From: Bdellovibrionota bacterium
GTDB lineage: Bacteria > Bdellovibrionota_G > JALEGL01 > DATDPG01
Reading direction: 5' to 3'
Assembly (NCBI GenBank): GCA_963668355.1
Contig: OY764265.1
Coordinates: 2,464,001 to 2,528,000, forward strand
Length of the DNA: 64,000 nt
Position 1 is the stretch's first letter. Every line of letters starts with the position of its first letter. The position numbers and the translations under genes were made by a program. The notes beneath the pieces were generated by a model, which worked only from the letters and a program-made list of their open reading frames with translations, was not told the origin of the DNA and made no database searches. Below are positions 29,354-38,969 of this stretch, one piece after another.

Positions 29354-30110
29354 TTGCATCACTCCTCATGGTTGCAGTGAACATGCGAGAACGATTTTCG
29401 GCACGTTCTCGACTCAAGCCACCTTTTTCCATCAAAACTTTGACCAAGGCTTCTTCATTGGGTTGGTCGATGAATCCACGACACGCCTCGCAAGGAATTC
29501 CTTGGGCAGGACAGGGGGCTCCGCATCCTGCTCGAGCCACCAAACCTAAGCAATGATCTCCTTCATGGTATCTGCATACGGTTTCATTGAATTTGCATTC
29601 CACGCAAACCGGATGATTTGGAATCACAGGATCCTTTCCGTGAAGCAAAGAGGAAACCACATAGACAAATTCATCCTTATCCATCGGACAACCATGAAGG
29701 GCATAGTCCACTTTGATGGCGGCTGAAATGGGAAGGGCTTTTTGGGAATCCAGATGAGGCAACTCCGCGTCCTTGCCATAGACAAACTCTTTGTAGTCGC
29801 TTTGATGATTCTTTAAGGCGTTGATGCCCGCTGTGGCAGAACATGCACCGTAAGAGATAACAATTTTGGCTCGTTTTCGAATTTCTTCTAAACGTGCGCG
29901 ATCAGCTTCCCTTGTGAAACTTCCTTCTACAAAAGCGATGTCAAGAGGTTCTGTGGTCTTCTCCGAAAGAGCTTCTCTAAACTCCACGATTTCAATGTGT
30001 TCGAGAAGGCCCAAAAACACGTCTTGACCAACATTGGTGAGCTCAATTTGACAGCCTTCACAGCAGGCAAAATCAAAAAAGGCGACTTTGGCTTTCTTTT
30101 TTTCCGTCAT
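29340..30110 (-). CDS. Group 3b hydrogenase delta (small) subunit
   Basis: FACCEGCQ, GACSATAG, GCP, CVECK, GCGAPCP, CEACRG. Confidence 0.9.
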   Translation of the reverse strand: MTEKKKAKVAFFDFACCEGCQIELTNVGQDVFLGLLEHIEIVEFREALSEKTTEPLDIAFVEGSFTREADRARLEEIRKRAKIVISYGACSATAGINALKNHQSDYKEFVYGKDAELPHLDSQKALPISAAIKVDYALHGCPMDKDEFVYVVSSLLHGKDPVIPNHPVCVECKFNETVCRYHEGDHCLGLVARAGCGAPCPAQGIPCEACRGFIDQPNEEALVKVLMEKGGLSRERAENRSRMFTATMRSDANVKL

Positions 30111-30946
30111 TAGAATGCCTCCTCGAGGTTTTCGACCTCGTCGTAACTGAATACGGGTCCATGCATGCAAACGTATTTATCGTTCATTTGGCAGTGCCCA
30201 CATTTTCCAATTCCACATTTCATTCTTCGTTCCAAATCCACGAAGACATGGTTGTGTGGAACTCCAATTTTTTCGAGTTCTTTGATGACAAATTTATACA
30301 TAATGGGAGGTCCACAAATAACGACTCGGGTATCCGGTGCGATTTCCGTTTTTTGAAACAGGGTCGTAATAACGCCCACATTTCCCTTCCAGTCCGTGTC
30401 GGCTTTATCAACCGTCTCGTAATATTCGACGTCGTTGGATTTTCTCCAATTGGCCAGATCATCGAGGAAAAGTTGCTCTTTTGGGCTGCGAGCTCCAAAA
30501 AAGAGTTTGAAGTCCTTGAATTTGTCTCTGCAATCCAGAACGTATTGAATCAAACTTCTGGTGGGACATAAGCCGATTCCTCCGGCAACGATTAGGAGAG
30601 GGTGGCCGTGAAGTTCTTCAAGGTTAAAGCCATTTCCAAGGGGGCCTCGAACAAACAGCGATCCGCCTTTTTCTTCTCGATTGATGGCCTTGGAAACCCT
30701 TCCGACCGATCGGACGACCACATCAAATGTGTTCTTTCGGGTGGGAGAGCTCGCGTAACCAATGGGAATTTCCCCATAACCAAAAACACCCAGTTCCATG
30801 ATTTGGCCAGGCGCGAACTTCATTTCTTGGCCGTCTTTCATTTTTAACGTGAAGTGTTTTTCATGTTCCGTGATCTGGTCGGCTCGAAGAATTTCGGCTT
30901 CTCGGGGAAGGAAAACGTTTTCATGTTCAGCGGTATGGTGTGACAT
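30110..30946 (-). CDS. Group 3b hydrogenase gamma subunit (FAD/NAD(P)-binding, 2Fe-2S)
   Basis: RGPLGNGF, AGGIGL, CGPPIM, ERRMKCGIGKCGHC. Confidence 0.9.
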   Translation of the reverse strand: MSHHTAEHENVFLPREAEILRADQITEHEKHFTLKMKDGQEMKFAPGQIMELGVFGYGEIPIGYASSPTRKNTFDVVVRSVGRVSKAINREEKGGSLFVRGPLGNGFNLEELHGHPLLIVAGGIGLCPTRSLIQYVLDCRDKFKDFKLFFGARSPKEQLFLDDLANWRKSNDVEYYETVDKADTDWKGNVGVITTLFQKTEIAPDTRVVICGPPIMYKFVIKELEKIGVPHNHVFVDLERRMKCGIGKCGHCQMNDKYVCMHGPVFSYDEVENLEEAF

Positions 30947-30950
30947 TTGT

Positions 30951-31982
30951 TTAGGCCTCCATGATGCGGTTGATGATGTTAACGGGATCAGCAATGTCAG
31001 GTACACAGCCCGTGGAGCAGCGACCACACCCAACGCAGGCCGGACCGCCTAAAGTTTCATTGAGATAGGAAGCTTTTCGCATCAGTCGATGTCGGTACCG
31101 CGAAAACGAATGCTCTCTAAAATTCTCTGTGGCTCCGGCACCCAAGGAGACTTGGGCAAAGTCATGAAGCTGGCATCCGTCCCATGTCCGATATCGTTTT
31201 CCGGTGACTTGATCCAAGTTCCACGTGTCTTGGACATCGAAGCAGTAACAGGTTGGGCAGACCGTATTGCACGTTCCACAGGAGAAACATTGTTCCGAAA
31301 GTTCTTTCCACAGGGTCTCATTTCCAAAGGCCGCTCGAACTTTCTCGGCGATCTTCTGGCTATTGTTTGTGGGTAGCTTTTCAGGGCAGTCCTTCAGGGC
31401 GCGGTCGTTTACCTCTTTAGCCTCTTTAGACTGTTCAGCTGTGGCCTCCACAAAAGAGCCATAGGTGGCCAAGTTTTCTCCTTTTGGGGTGATCGTTTGA
31501 AGGTGATACCCCCCGGAAATCTTTGTGAGAAAGGCATCATGGCCTTTGGGCTCAACATCAGATCCAACCGAAGCAAAGAAAGCCCGTTTCGATACGTTTT
31601 GAACGTTTGAGGCCACAATGGTCGTTTGTTTCCGATTGGCGAGATAATTATTGTCTTTGTGGTTATCCGTAAAAATTTGATCCAATTGATCAATGGCTTT
31701 CACATCATAAAAATGAACGCCAAAGAGAATTTGATCCACGGGGTTGATGCAGCTCTCTGCACCTTTCTCCGTGAAACGGACCAATTCCTGTTTTGGAGGA
31801 AAGAATGCTTTCTTCGGAGGAAGAATGGTCGTATCAAAATCCAAGCGAATTTCTTCAGGAGATGAAATCTCACCAAAAACAAATTTTTCCTTTTTCGCTT
31901 TGGGGCCAATGACTTTTTTGGCACACAACATCTTCTCTAAGAAGCTGTTCCAATCGCTGTCTTTTATGTAAAGATCCTTCAT
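30951..31982 (-). CDS. Group 3b hydrogenase beta subunit (4Fe-4S dicluster)
   Basis: CFSCGTCNTVCPTCYCF, RTWDGC, CVGCGRCSTGC. Confidence 0.9.
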   Translation of the reverse strand: MKDLYIKDSDWNSFLEKMLCAKKVIGPKAKKEKFVFGEISSPEEIRLDFDTTILPPKKAFFPPKQELVRFTEKGAESCINPVDQILFGVHFYDVKAIDQLDQIFTDNHKDNNYLANRKQTTIVASNVQNVSKRAFFASVGSDVEPKGHDAFLTKISGGYHLQTITPKGENLATYGSFVEATAEQSKEAKEVNDRALKDCPEKLPTNNSQKIAEKVRAAFGNETLWKELSEQCFSCGTCNTVCPTCYCFDVQDTWNLDQVTGKRYRTWDGCQLHDFAQVSLGAGATENFREHSFSRYRHRLMRKASYLNETLGGPACVGCGRCSTGCVPDIADPVNIINRIMEA

Positions 31983-32122
31983 GTTTTCGAATCCCTTCGG
32001 TTCCGCTTCAAAAAATTAAAAAAATCCGTGAGGGTCCTTCGGTTCTTGCGAGATTTGGGATCTCGCAATTGAATTTACGTAACCTCATTAAGTATTTTTA
32101 GTCGATGTGGGTCTTCAGAATA

Positions 32123-32172
32123 TGATTTAGATCAGAAAAAGGACGGTTTTTTTTCTTAAGTGATCAAAATCA
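32123..32172. promoter_or_regulatory. Two TGAT-N4-ATCA Crp/Fnr-like sites between divergent hydrogenase and hypAB operons
   Basis: TGAT-TTAG-ATCA at 32123-32134 and TGAT-CAAA-ATCA at 32161-32172. Confidence 0.55.
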
Positions 32173-32262
32173 TTTAAAAAAATGGACCGGAAAAGCACGT
32201 CTCAAAGGGTTTCCGAGGGGGCTTGTGGAATGTGGAAAGTTCGACTAAATGCCCGAGGCGAA

Positions 32263-32625
32263 ATGCATGAATTGGCCATTGCCCAGAACATTGTAAAGAT
32301 CTCGCTAGAGGAGGCCGGAAAAGTGGGGACGGAGCAAGAAATTGAATCTGTCTTCTTTCGAGCCGGCCGCTTAAATGCCGTCATCCCGGATATTCTCATT
32401 TTCAATTTTGATGTTTTAAAGGTTGAGGAGCCTCAAATGGAACAGGCTCAATTGCATGTTGCCCAAGATCCGATTTGTGTGAAATGCAAAGCATGTGGGC
32501 ATGAGGCCGAGCTGGAGGAACCGGTTTTTATTTGTTTGGAGTGTGGAAGCCCGGTGGCGGTGAAAAGTGGTCAGGAAATGTATGTCGAGAGAATCATCAT
32601 GAAAGGAAATTCCGATGGAAATTAA
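32263..32625 (+). CDS. hypA: Nickel metallochaperone HypA
   Basis: MHELAIA start, CKAC and CLEC. Confidence 0.95.
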   Translation: MHELAIAQNIVKISLEEAGKVGTEQEIESVFFRAGRLNAVIPDILIFNFDVLKVEEPQMEQAQLHVAQDPICVKCKACGHEAELEEPVFICLECGSPVAVKSGQEMYVERIIMKGNSDGN

Positions 32626-33283
32626 AGTGGTTCGAAATGTTTTGGCCGAAAACGAACAATTGGCAACCGAAGTTCGCAAAGACTTAAGGGCGCGAAAGCA
32701 GAGCATGTTTAACTTTATGAGTTCTCCGGGTTCGGGAAAGACCACGCTTCTTCAAAAATTGATTCCCTTGATTCAACAAAAAGATTTTCGTGTAGGTGTC
32801 ATTGAAGGGGATATTACGACGACCAACGATGCTGAGAGACTTCAGCCGTTGAACATCCCCATTGCTCAAATCAATACGGATGTTTTTGGTGGGGACTGCC
32901 ACTTGGGGGCCAATGTGATCCAGGGAGCCATGGAACATCTGAATGAAACTCAAGTGGACATTTCTTTAATTGAGAACGTTGGGAACCTTGTCTGTCCGGC
33001 CGAATTCGATACGGGAGCCGATGTCAATGTTGTCTTGCTCAGCGTGACCGAAGGAGAGGACAAACCCCTCAAGTACCCCCTAATGTTTCGAAACTCCCAC
33101 CTGGCTGTAATCAACAAAATCGATATTTCAGAGGCTGTGGAGGCGGACATTTCCCTGATGAAGGAGAATATGTTGAAAGTGAATCCGGAGCTAAAAATCT
33201 ATTTGGCCTCGGGAAAGACGGGGGAAGGTCTTTCCGATTTGGCCGATGAGATTGCCCAGCGTCACCGAGCCTCGATGGCCTAG
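32615..33283 (+). CDS. hypB: Nickel insertion GTPase HypB
   Basis: SSPGSGKT, DCHL, ENVGNLVCPA, EGEDKPLKYP, NKID. Confidence 0.97.
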   Translation: MEIKVVRNVLAENEQLATEVRKDLRARKQSMFNFMSSPGSGKTTLLQKLIPLIQQKDFRVGVIEGDITTTNDAERLQPLNIPIAQINTDVFGGDCHLGANVIQGAMEHLNETQVDISLIENVGNLVCPAEFDTGADVNVVLLSVTEGEDKPLKYPLMFRNSHLAVINKIDISEAVEADISLMKENMLKVNPELKIYLASGKTGEGLSDLADEIAQRHRASMA

Positions 33284-33363
33284 ATTTTTTGAAGGGTATG
33301 GCCGGGAAAAAAATGCCATATCCCAATAGATGTAAGCCAAAAACAGGCGCCGTTTTTCTTTAT

Positions 33364-33395
33364 TATCAACCACTTATCTTGGCCTGAGTTTTGCT
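33364..33395 (+). promoter_or_regulatory. IHF site plus sigma54 promoter
   Basis: TATCAA-CCAC-TTA (WATCAA-N4-TTR) at 33364-33376; TTGGCCTGAGTTTTGCT (GG-N10-GC) at 33379-33395. Confidence 0.7.
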
Positions 33396-33407
33396 GCAAT
33401 TAGGAAC

Positions 33408-34163
33408 ATGACGAATCTCAAAGCCGGTTTGCAGAAGAATAGCATTTCCATTTTATGGGCACTTCCGCTGGTCGTGGCCATTTCCTGCGGCCAAAACACG
33501 GCCACCTCCGAATCTCAAATTTCCTCACGAATAGATTTGATTTCCCCGATATCGATATTGGAACTAGGGCCAGGAGAAAGCAAAATCATTGCTTCGTTTG
33601 GAACCACAGGACTTTCTGAGACCTCTCGAATTCAGTTGAGTTTAAAGGCAAGATTTCACACCACGAATTTTTCTGAAGGCTCTTTCCCGCTCATGCAGAT
33701 CAAAGTGAATGGTGAAGCCGTTCAACCAGAAGAAGTTGTGAACGACCCCACTTGTTTTAAGTATCCGAATTGTTTTTGGACTCCGACCTGTGCGGATCAT
33801 TGTAATCCCTATTTTGTGGGAGACTTTTCGTTCGATATCGAATGCGAAGAAGAAAACATCGGTCATGGCCTGGAAGAAAGTATGTTTGACATTCAGGTTT
33901 CTCCCAACTTTACAAATCATACGATTGCCGAAACCCAGGAAGGGGAGCCCCATCAGTTTTACATTGATCCCAATGTGAGTGGAGATCCATATGAGTACAC
34001 TTTGGACTTCACAGAACGAGCCCGAAATGAAGATCAGTTGACGATCGTTATCGGTAACCCCTTTGCGGAATATGCTGACCTGGCTCAATGTAGCGGAACC
34101 GGAGCTACAGAAGGAATCCTCGTATTGGGAGATCTTCGGGTTCGCCGGGTTGAAACCGAATAA
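33408..34163 (+). CDS. Hypothetical lipoprotein with Cys-rich insert
   Basis: Lipobox-like VAISC; CFKYPNCFWTPTCADHC. Confidence 0.7.
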   Translation: MTNLKAGLQKNSISILWALPLVVAISCGQNTATSESQISSRIDLISPISILELGPGESKIIASFGTTGLSETSRIQLSLKARFHTTNFSEGSFPLMQIKVNGEAVQPEEVVNDPTCFKYPNCFWTPTCADHCNPYFVGDFSFDIECEEENIGHGLEESMFDIQVSPNFTNHTIAETQEGEPHQFYIDPNVSGDPYEYTLDFTERARNEDQLTIVIGNPFAEYADLAQCSGTGATEGILVLGDLRVRRVETE

Positions 34164-34211
34164 GAAATGATCCTGAAAGCAATCCTTTAAAAAAGCTTTG
34201 AACGAAGGCGT

Positions 34212-35225
34212 TTAAAACTCAATGACTTCTGGATCATCTTCGATGTCGGGAGGCTTGGTCCCGATATACTTGAAACGAATCGCATCCGCACAGGTTCCTT
34301 GAGCCGAGGCCTGAGAGGCCGCATACACACGGACTGAAATTTGGCCCGACAAACTGTGAAGGCCCAAAAGATTCCACTGGCCACCGTTCGATTGTTGGTT
34401 CACAGACAATCCAGATATGAGTTCTCCATCACTGAGAATTTCATAAGAAACCATGTCTGGACGACCTGGATCACTCTGCCACCAGGCATAAATTTGATAG
34501 CGGCCACTTAGTTCCGGAACATTCCATTGAAACCATGAATTTCTTTCAGAATCATTCACATCTTCTGAGGAGTGATAGGTGGACGTTTCTTCTGGATATC
34601 CTCCCGCAAGAAAGGAACTGGGAGTCCAGTTTCCGGAGTACTCCACATAGTCTGTGTTCCGATCATCAATGACAAAATTATTCTCATCGAAGTTCGGATC
34701 GTCAATGGTGTTAAGTTCGTCGCCGTCTTCACCGTCCGTCTCGTTCTCTGCCAACAGCGAAGAGGAGACATGAATCATATTTGTAAACGCCAAAATTAGA
34801 TTGTGGTCTTCTGTGGAAGCGTCAACCGCTTGAAAGCGAATATTTCCCATGACTGGAGTGCTGTAAATATTCACCGGAAATATCGGAGATTCATTTTCGG
34901 AAGCTTGGTTTGTGATGATGGCAGCTTCTCCAGTGAGGTCTTCGGCGAAAGCGAGCAAGACGACACGCAAATTTTCATCATTGGGAAGGTCTGAATTCAT
35001 TTCAATGGAGTCGATGGATTGAAAAGAACTCACATAGACAACTTCTACCTCGTTGTTTTCCGTGGGACGGATGGCCCCAACCAGGGCAGAGCGTGCCGAA
35101 GAGGCCAGGGAGGTTTGATCGAAATAAACGCTCACTTGTGAGTCTTCTGTTTTTGCACAGCTAAAAAGCGTGGAAACGAAGAGAAGAATGAAAAGTTTCG
35201 AAATTTTCTTTTTACATTTAATCAT
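34212..35225 (-). CDS. Lipoprotein with C-terminal golvesin/xanthan-lyase-like carbohydrate-binding domain
   Basis: Lipobox LFSC; GRYQIYAWW, VNQQSNGGQWNLLG, ADAIRF. Confidence 0.7.
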   Translation of the reverse strand: MIKCKKKISKLFILLFVSTLFSCAKTEDSQVSVYFDQTSLASSARSALVGAIRPTENNEVEVVYVSSFQSIDSIEMNSDLPNDENLRVVLLAFAEDLTGEAAIITNQASENESPIFPVNIYSTPVMGNIRFQAVDASTEDHNLILAFTNMIHVSSSLLAENETDGEDGDELNTIDDPNFDENNFVIDDRNTDYVEYSGNWTPSSFLAGGYPEETSTYHSSEDVNDSERNSWFQWNVPELSGRYQIYAWWQSDPGRPDMVSYEILSDGELISGLSVNQQSNGGQWNLLGLHSLSGQISVRVYAASQASAQGTCADAIRFKYIGTKPPDIEDDPEVIEF

Positions 35226-35226
35226 T

Positions 35227-36387
35227 TTATTGCCCCTGAACAGATAGGTGAATGGTTTCCGGTTGGTCTCCGCCTTGGTTCATCATATATACAGCACCAC
35301 CTGCACCGGCAGCGGCTGCGCCAACCAAAGTCCAGAACCACCACGTTTGGTACCAAGAAGCCGATTCCGATTTAATATTTGTATTTGTGCCATTTGCGGA
35401 AGGGGTATGTGCAAGAGAAGCGATCATAGACGAAGACTCGGATCCAAGTACCTTTTTGATTTTCTGAATATCCAAGGACGCCAGCCGATCATTTTGGATG
35501 CGCGAGTTGCTCCATACCACCTGGCCAGCCACAAAAAATTCAGCCTTTTGATTTTCAAGTAATAAAACTCCGTCGGTTTTTGTGCGTTTCTGAAGAATTT
35601 GGAATAAAAGATTTCGGTCCGATTTATTTTCAACCTGCAGAGCTTCTGAAACCAAAGCTTTATGCGAAGCCGAGTTCAAACGGACGCGCATACGTTTTCC
35701 ACGACGTCCCACATAAACGAGCTCGGCAAAGCGCTGAGTGCCCAGTTGGTCCACCTCCACAAAATAATATCCGGGTTGAACATACTGGGTCGAATTGGAG
35801 GCTTTCCCATTGATACGAATTTCAATGGGAGTCGTTATCTGGGTGACGGGGGAAATGGTCAAATTCACGCGTTCACTTTTTTCCAAGCTTAATCTGGCCC
35901 TCTTGTAGAGTTGAATGAGCTCGGGCGGATAGATGGCGGAATCCGGGGTCCTTCCCTGGAACAGGATATAGGCCTTGAGGCTGAATACAGCTTTCTTAAT
36001 TTGCTGGAGGCTTTGGTAGATGACGGCCTCCATAAAAAAGATTTCGCGGAGCATCTCTGGTTTGGAATACCGCCTTGCTTGCTTGAGGTATGTTAGCGCC
36101 GAATCAAATTCAATGTTTTCATAGGCCCGTTTGGCCTTTGAAAATAAACGCTGACCTCTTTTGAAATGAGTTTCCAAGGGGTCGGATGATTGGGTTGTGG
36201 GAAGTGGCATATTGACCCACTGAATCTCCACATCGGATGGCTCATAGGCGTCCGCAGGAAGGGAAGACTGAGGCCGGCTTGAAATTAAAAGAACTCGTTT
36301 TGAGCTCTCCGCGGAGAATGCGGGTAACGGAGGGCAAACGAATAACATGGCCAAGATTACAGCCAAATATCTGTGTTTGCGTTCCAT
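35227..36387 (-). CDS. Exported TPR/PEGA-like protein with C-terminal WYxxWWFW membrane segment
   Basis: Signal peptide, helical TPR-like region, WYQTWWFWTLVGAAAAG; start placed at ATG 36387 because 36401-36417 is a promoter motif. Confidence 0.65.
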   Translation of the reverse strand: MERKHRYLAVILAMLFVCPPLPAFSAESSKRVLLISSRPQSSLPADAYEPSDVEIQWVNMPLPTTQSSDPLETHFKRGQRLFSKAKRAYENIEFDSALTYLKQARRYSKPEMLREIFFMEAVIYQSLQQIKKAVFSLKAYILFQGRTPDSAIYPPELIQLYKRARLSLEKSERVNLTISPVTQITTPIEIRINGKASNSTQYVQPGYYFVEVDQLGTQRFAELVYVGRRGKRMRVRLNSASHKALVSEALQVENKSDRNLLFQILQKRTKTDGVLLLENQKAEFFVAGQVVWSNSRIQNDRLASLDIQKIKKVLGSESSSMIASLAHTPSANGTNTNIKSESASWYQTWWFWTLVGAAAAGAGGAVYMMNQGGDQPETIHLSVQGQ

Positions 36388-36400
36388 CTTCGTCCAAAAA

Positions 36401-36417
36401 TGCAAAGAGTAAGCCAA
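36401..36417 (-). promoter_or_regulatory. Sigma54 promoter
   Basis: TTGGCTTACTCTTTGCA on the minus strand. Confidence 0.65.
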
Positions 36418-36541
36418 TCTTTCGAGGTCTAAAACAAGTGTAAGTTCTTAAAAATAAACGAATAAAAATGAACCGAAGCCTTATTTCATGCTCCGGAAAG
36501 GGACGAATCTAAGCACATGTGAACAATAGTTGCAAAGGGGG

Positions 36542-38158
36542 TTACGGCTTCCAGACTTTTTTTAGAACGATGGCTTGCCCCTTGTTGACTTGAAGCGTCA
36601 TTTCGCGCTGCAAATTGAGTTTTTGGTTGCGGAATGTGAGTCGTCGAGTTCCAGCTGAAATCTTGTGTTTTAAAATGGGTGTATTCCCAATTTTCTTTCC
36701 ATCGACGTAAACGGTGGCGAAGGGTCCTTTGGGAAGGAATACGGTGAGGGTTCCAAAACCGGCGGGTTTAGGGGGAGAGGGCCTTTTCCGGGAAGAAGTT
36801 CGGACTTTTTTCTCAGGTCGTCGGGTGGGGGAAGGTGTGGGGGAAACCGGTGTGGCCGTGGGAGGCGAAGTCGGAATGGGTGTGACGTTTGGTTTGGCCG
36901 TGGCCAGAGGAGGTGGAGGGGACGAATCTTCTTGTTCCTTGATGATGATGGGGTCTCCAGCGAAGAAGTAAACCCCCGCACCAAAAAGAAGCGCGAAGAG
37001 AAGGAAGACCCATTTTTTTGGCCTTCGATTCGCATCGGGCGAATCAAACGAAGGGCTTTTGGGGGGAGGAAGAACTCTAGCGGGAGCTGGGGTTTCTCCG
37101 GAAAGAGATTTGTCGGTTTCGGATAAACCACTTTCTTGAGAGACCTGAAACTGGGCGTGTGTGGTTTGAGCGTCGATTTCGGGTTCCGTGTCCATGCTGG
37201 AGTCGATGGAAGGATCGGAGATCGTAAAACTTTGGTCTGAGAAGAGGAGGGCGACATATGAAGAAAGACGATGGGGGAAGTCGACGGATGGGCTCCCTGA
37301 CCAGTTTTGCGTGAGGTGATTGCCGAACTGCTGTGCAGTTTGGAATCTTTTCTCTGGGAGAGCCTGCAAACTCTTTCGGATGGTCAGTTGGAGACCTCCT
37401 GGAATCCGCTGGAAATTTTCGTCCAAGCCACGGAATCCTCCTTCTTCAATTTCGTTTAGGAGGCCTTCTCGGGTTTTCCCTTGAAAGGGACGTGCGTTCG
37501 TTAAGAGGGAATAGAGCAGAATGCCTGTAGAAAAAAGATCTGCACGAGGGTCCACACGTTTTGCTTTCAATTGTTCGGGAGCCACATAATGCAATTTCCC
37601 TTTGAAAATTCCTGGACGTGTAAGATCCATTTCTCCTCTGTGGAGGGCTTTTGCAATTCCGAAATCCGCCAATTTCACATTTCCGGAGTGGGATATGAGA
37701 ACATTTGGGGGGCTTACATCGCGATGAATGACGGGGGTAGGACTTCCTTCATAATCGGTTCGGTCATGAGCGTATCGAAGGGCTTTTAGGATTTCGTTCG
37801 TGATGTAGATCGCTAAATCCGGGGGCATGCGCATCTGCATTTGGTGTTGGGCTTTGAGAATTTTGGCCAAATCCACGCCCGAAACGTATTCCATTGCGAT
37901 GAAGTATTGTTCTTCCGCAATCCCAAAGTCATACACATGAACAATGTTTGGGTGGTCCAGCGTCGCGGCAATTTTCGCCTCTTCGGTGAACATATCGACC
38001 CATTGAGGGTTGTCTTCTAGGCCAGGTCGAATGCGCTTGATGATGAGCTTTTTTTCAAATCCACCCGGACCCACATTTCGAGCCAAGAATATTTCGGCCA
38101 TGCCGCCGACGGCGATTTGCTCGATTAATTCATATGGTCCGAAGGGGGTGCGGTTCAC
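36542..38158 (-). CDS. Membrane Ser/Thr kinase with Pro-rich linker and C-terminal PEGA-like domain
   Basis: IAVGGMAEIF, HRDVSPPN, DFG, APE, TM segment, VYVDGKKIGNTP. Confidence 0.92.
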   Translation of the reverse strand: MNRTPFGPYELIEQIAVGGMAEIFLARNVGPGGFEKKLIIKRIRPGLEDNPQWVDMFTEEAKIAATLDHPNIVHVYDFGIAEEQYFIAMEYVSGVDLAKILKAQHQMQMRMPPDLAIYITNEILKALRYAHDRTDYEGSPTPVIHRDVSPPNVLISHSGNVKLADFGIAKALHRGEMDLTRPGIFKGKLHYVAPEQLKAKRVDPRADLFSTGILLYSLLTNARPFQGKTREGLLNEIEEGGFRGLDENFQRIPGGLQLTIRKSLQALPEKRFQTAQQFGNHLTQNWSGSPSVDFPHRLSSYVALLFSDQSFTISDPSIDSSMDTEPEIDAQTTHAQFQVSQESGLSETDKSLSGETPAPARVLPPPKSPSFDSPDANRRPKKWVFLLFALLFGAGVYFFAGDPIIIKEQEDSSPPPPLATAKPNVTPIPTSPPTATPVSPTPSPTRRPEKKVRTSSRKRPSPPKPAGFGTLTVFLPKGPFATVYVDGKKIGNTPILKHKISAGTRRLTFRNQKLNLQREMTLQVNKGQAIVLKKVWKP

Positions 38159-38205
38159 TTTGGCCTATCATAGCCGAATAATGCGAAATCGAAAAAGGGA
38201 AGGAT

Positions 38206-38240
38206 AAAAAAAAGGCCCAAGTTTTAAATACTTGGGCCTT
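38206..38240 (-). terminator. Rho-independent terminator after sodB
   Basis: AAGGCCCAAGT-loop-ACTTGGGCCTT with A-run on the left (U-tail on minus strand). Confidence 0.8.
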
Positions 38241-38256
38241 GTGAAAGAAAAAAAGA

Positions 38257-38844
38257 CTATTTCAAGTTGGATTCAATGAAATCCCAATTCACGAGATTCC
38301 AAAAAGCTTCAATGTATTTGGGACGCGCGTTCCGATAGTCAATGTAGTACGCGTGTTCCCATACATCACAGGTTAAAAGGACGGTATGGCCCATCGTGAC
38401 GGGACTTTCTGCGTTGGAGGTCTTTACCACCTGAAGTTTTCCTTCGGTATTTTTGACTAACCAAGCCCATCCTGAACCGAATTGGGTTGCGGCAGCATTT
38501 GAGAATTCTTCTTTGAACTTATCCAAAGATCCGAAGCTTTCGTTGATGGCCTTTGTGGTATTTTCTCCGGGAGAGGTTTTTTTGCCGGAAAGGCAATTCC
38601 AGTAAAAACTATGGTTCCAGGTTTGGGCCGCATTATTAAACACGCCCATTTCATTTTTTTCCCGTGAATCTCGAATGACTTGTTCCAGGCTCATGCTTTC
38701 ATAGGAAGTTCCGGAAATGGCGTCGTTCAGCTTGTTTACGTAAGCTTGATGATGTTTTCCGTAATGATATTCAAGGGTTTCCTTAGAAATATGGGGTTCC
38801 AGAGAGTTCATGTCATAGGGAAGTGAGGGTAATTCAAAAGCCAC
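38257..38844 (-). CDS. sodB: Fe superoxide dismutase
   Basis: HYGKHH, FNNAAQTWNH, QFGSGW, DVWEHAYY. Confidence 0.92.
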   Translation of the reverse strand: MAFELPSLPYDMNSLEPHISKETLEYHYGKHHQAYVNKLNDAISGTSYESMSLEQVIRDSREKNEMGVFNNAAQTWNHSFYWNCLSGKKTSPGENTTKAINESFGSLDKFKEEFSNAAATQFGSGWAWLVKNTEGKLQVVKTSNAESPVTMGHTVLLTCDVWEHAYYIDYRNARPKYIEAFWNLVNWDFIESNLK

Positions 38845-38969
38845 GTTTCGTTCCTCCGTTGTTTTTCAAAAAAGGTTTCTAAATAGGACTGTAGAGGTAC
38901 CTTTTTTGGAGCGGTTTGGCAAGTCAAAAGACTTTAAAGAGGGTGCTCCAGAAGCCCTTCGCTCCAAGT

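Noticed and set aside
20300..31982. Selenocysteine recoding in Hdr/Mvh/hydrogenase genes
   Set aside because: All ORFs are full length with Cys at the ligand positions (DPCHAC, DPCISC); no in-frame TGA is needed
31985..32070. CCTTCGGTTC direct repeat and a 9-bp hairpin in the hydrogenase leader as a riboswitch
   Set aside because: Too short, no match to an aptamer I recognise; one copy overlaps the likely RBS
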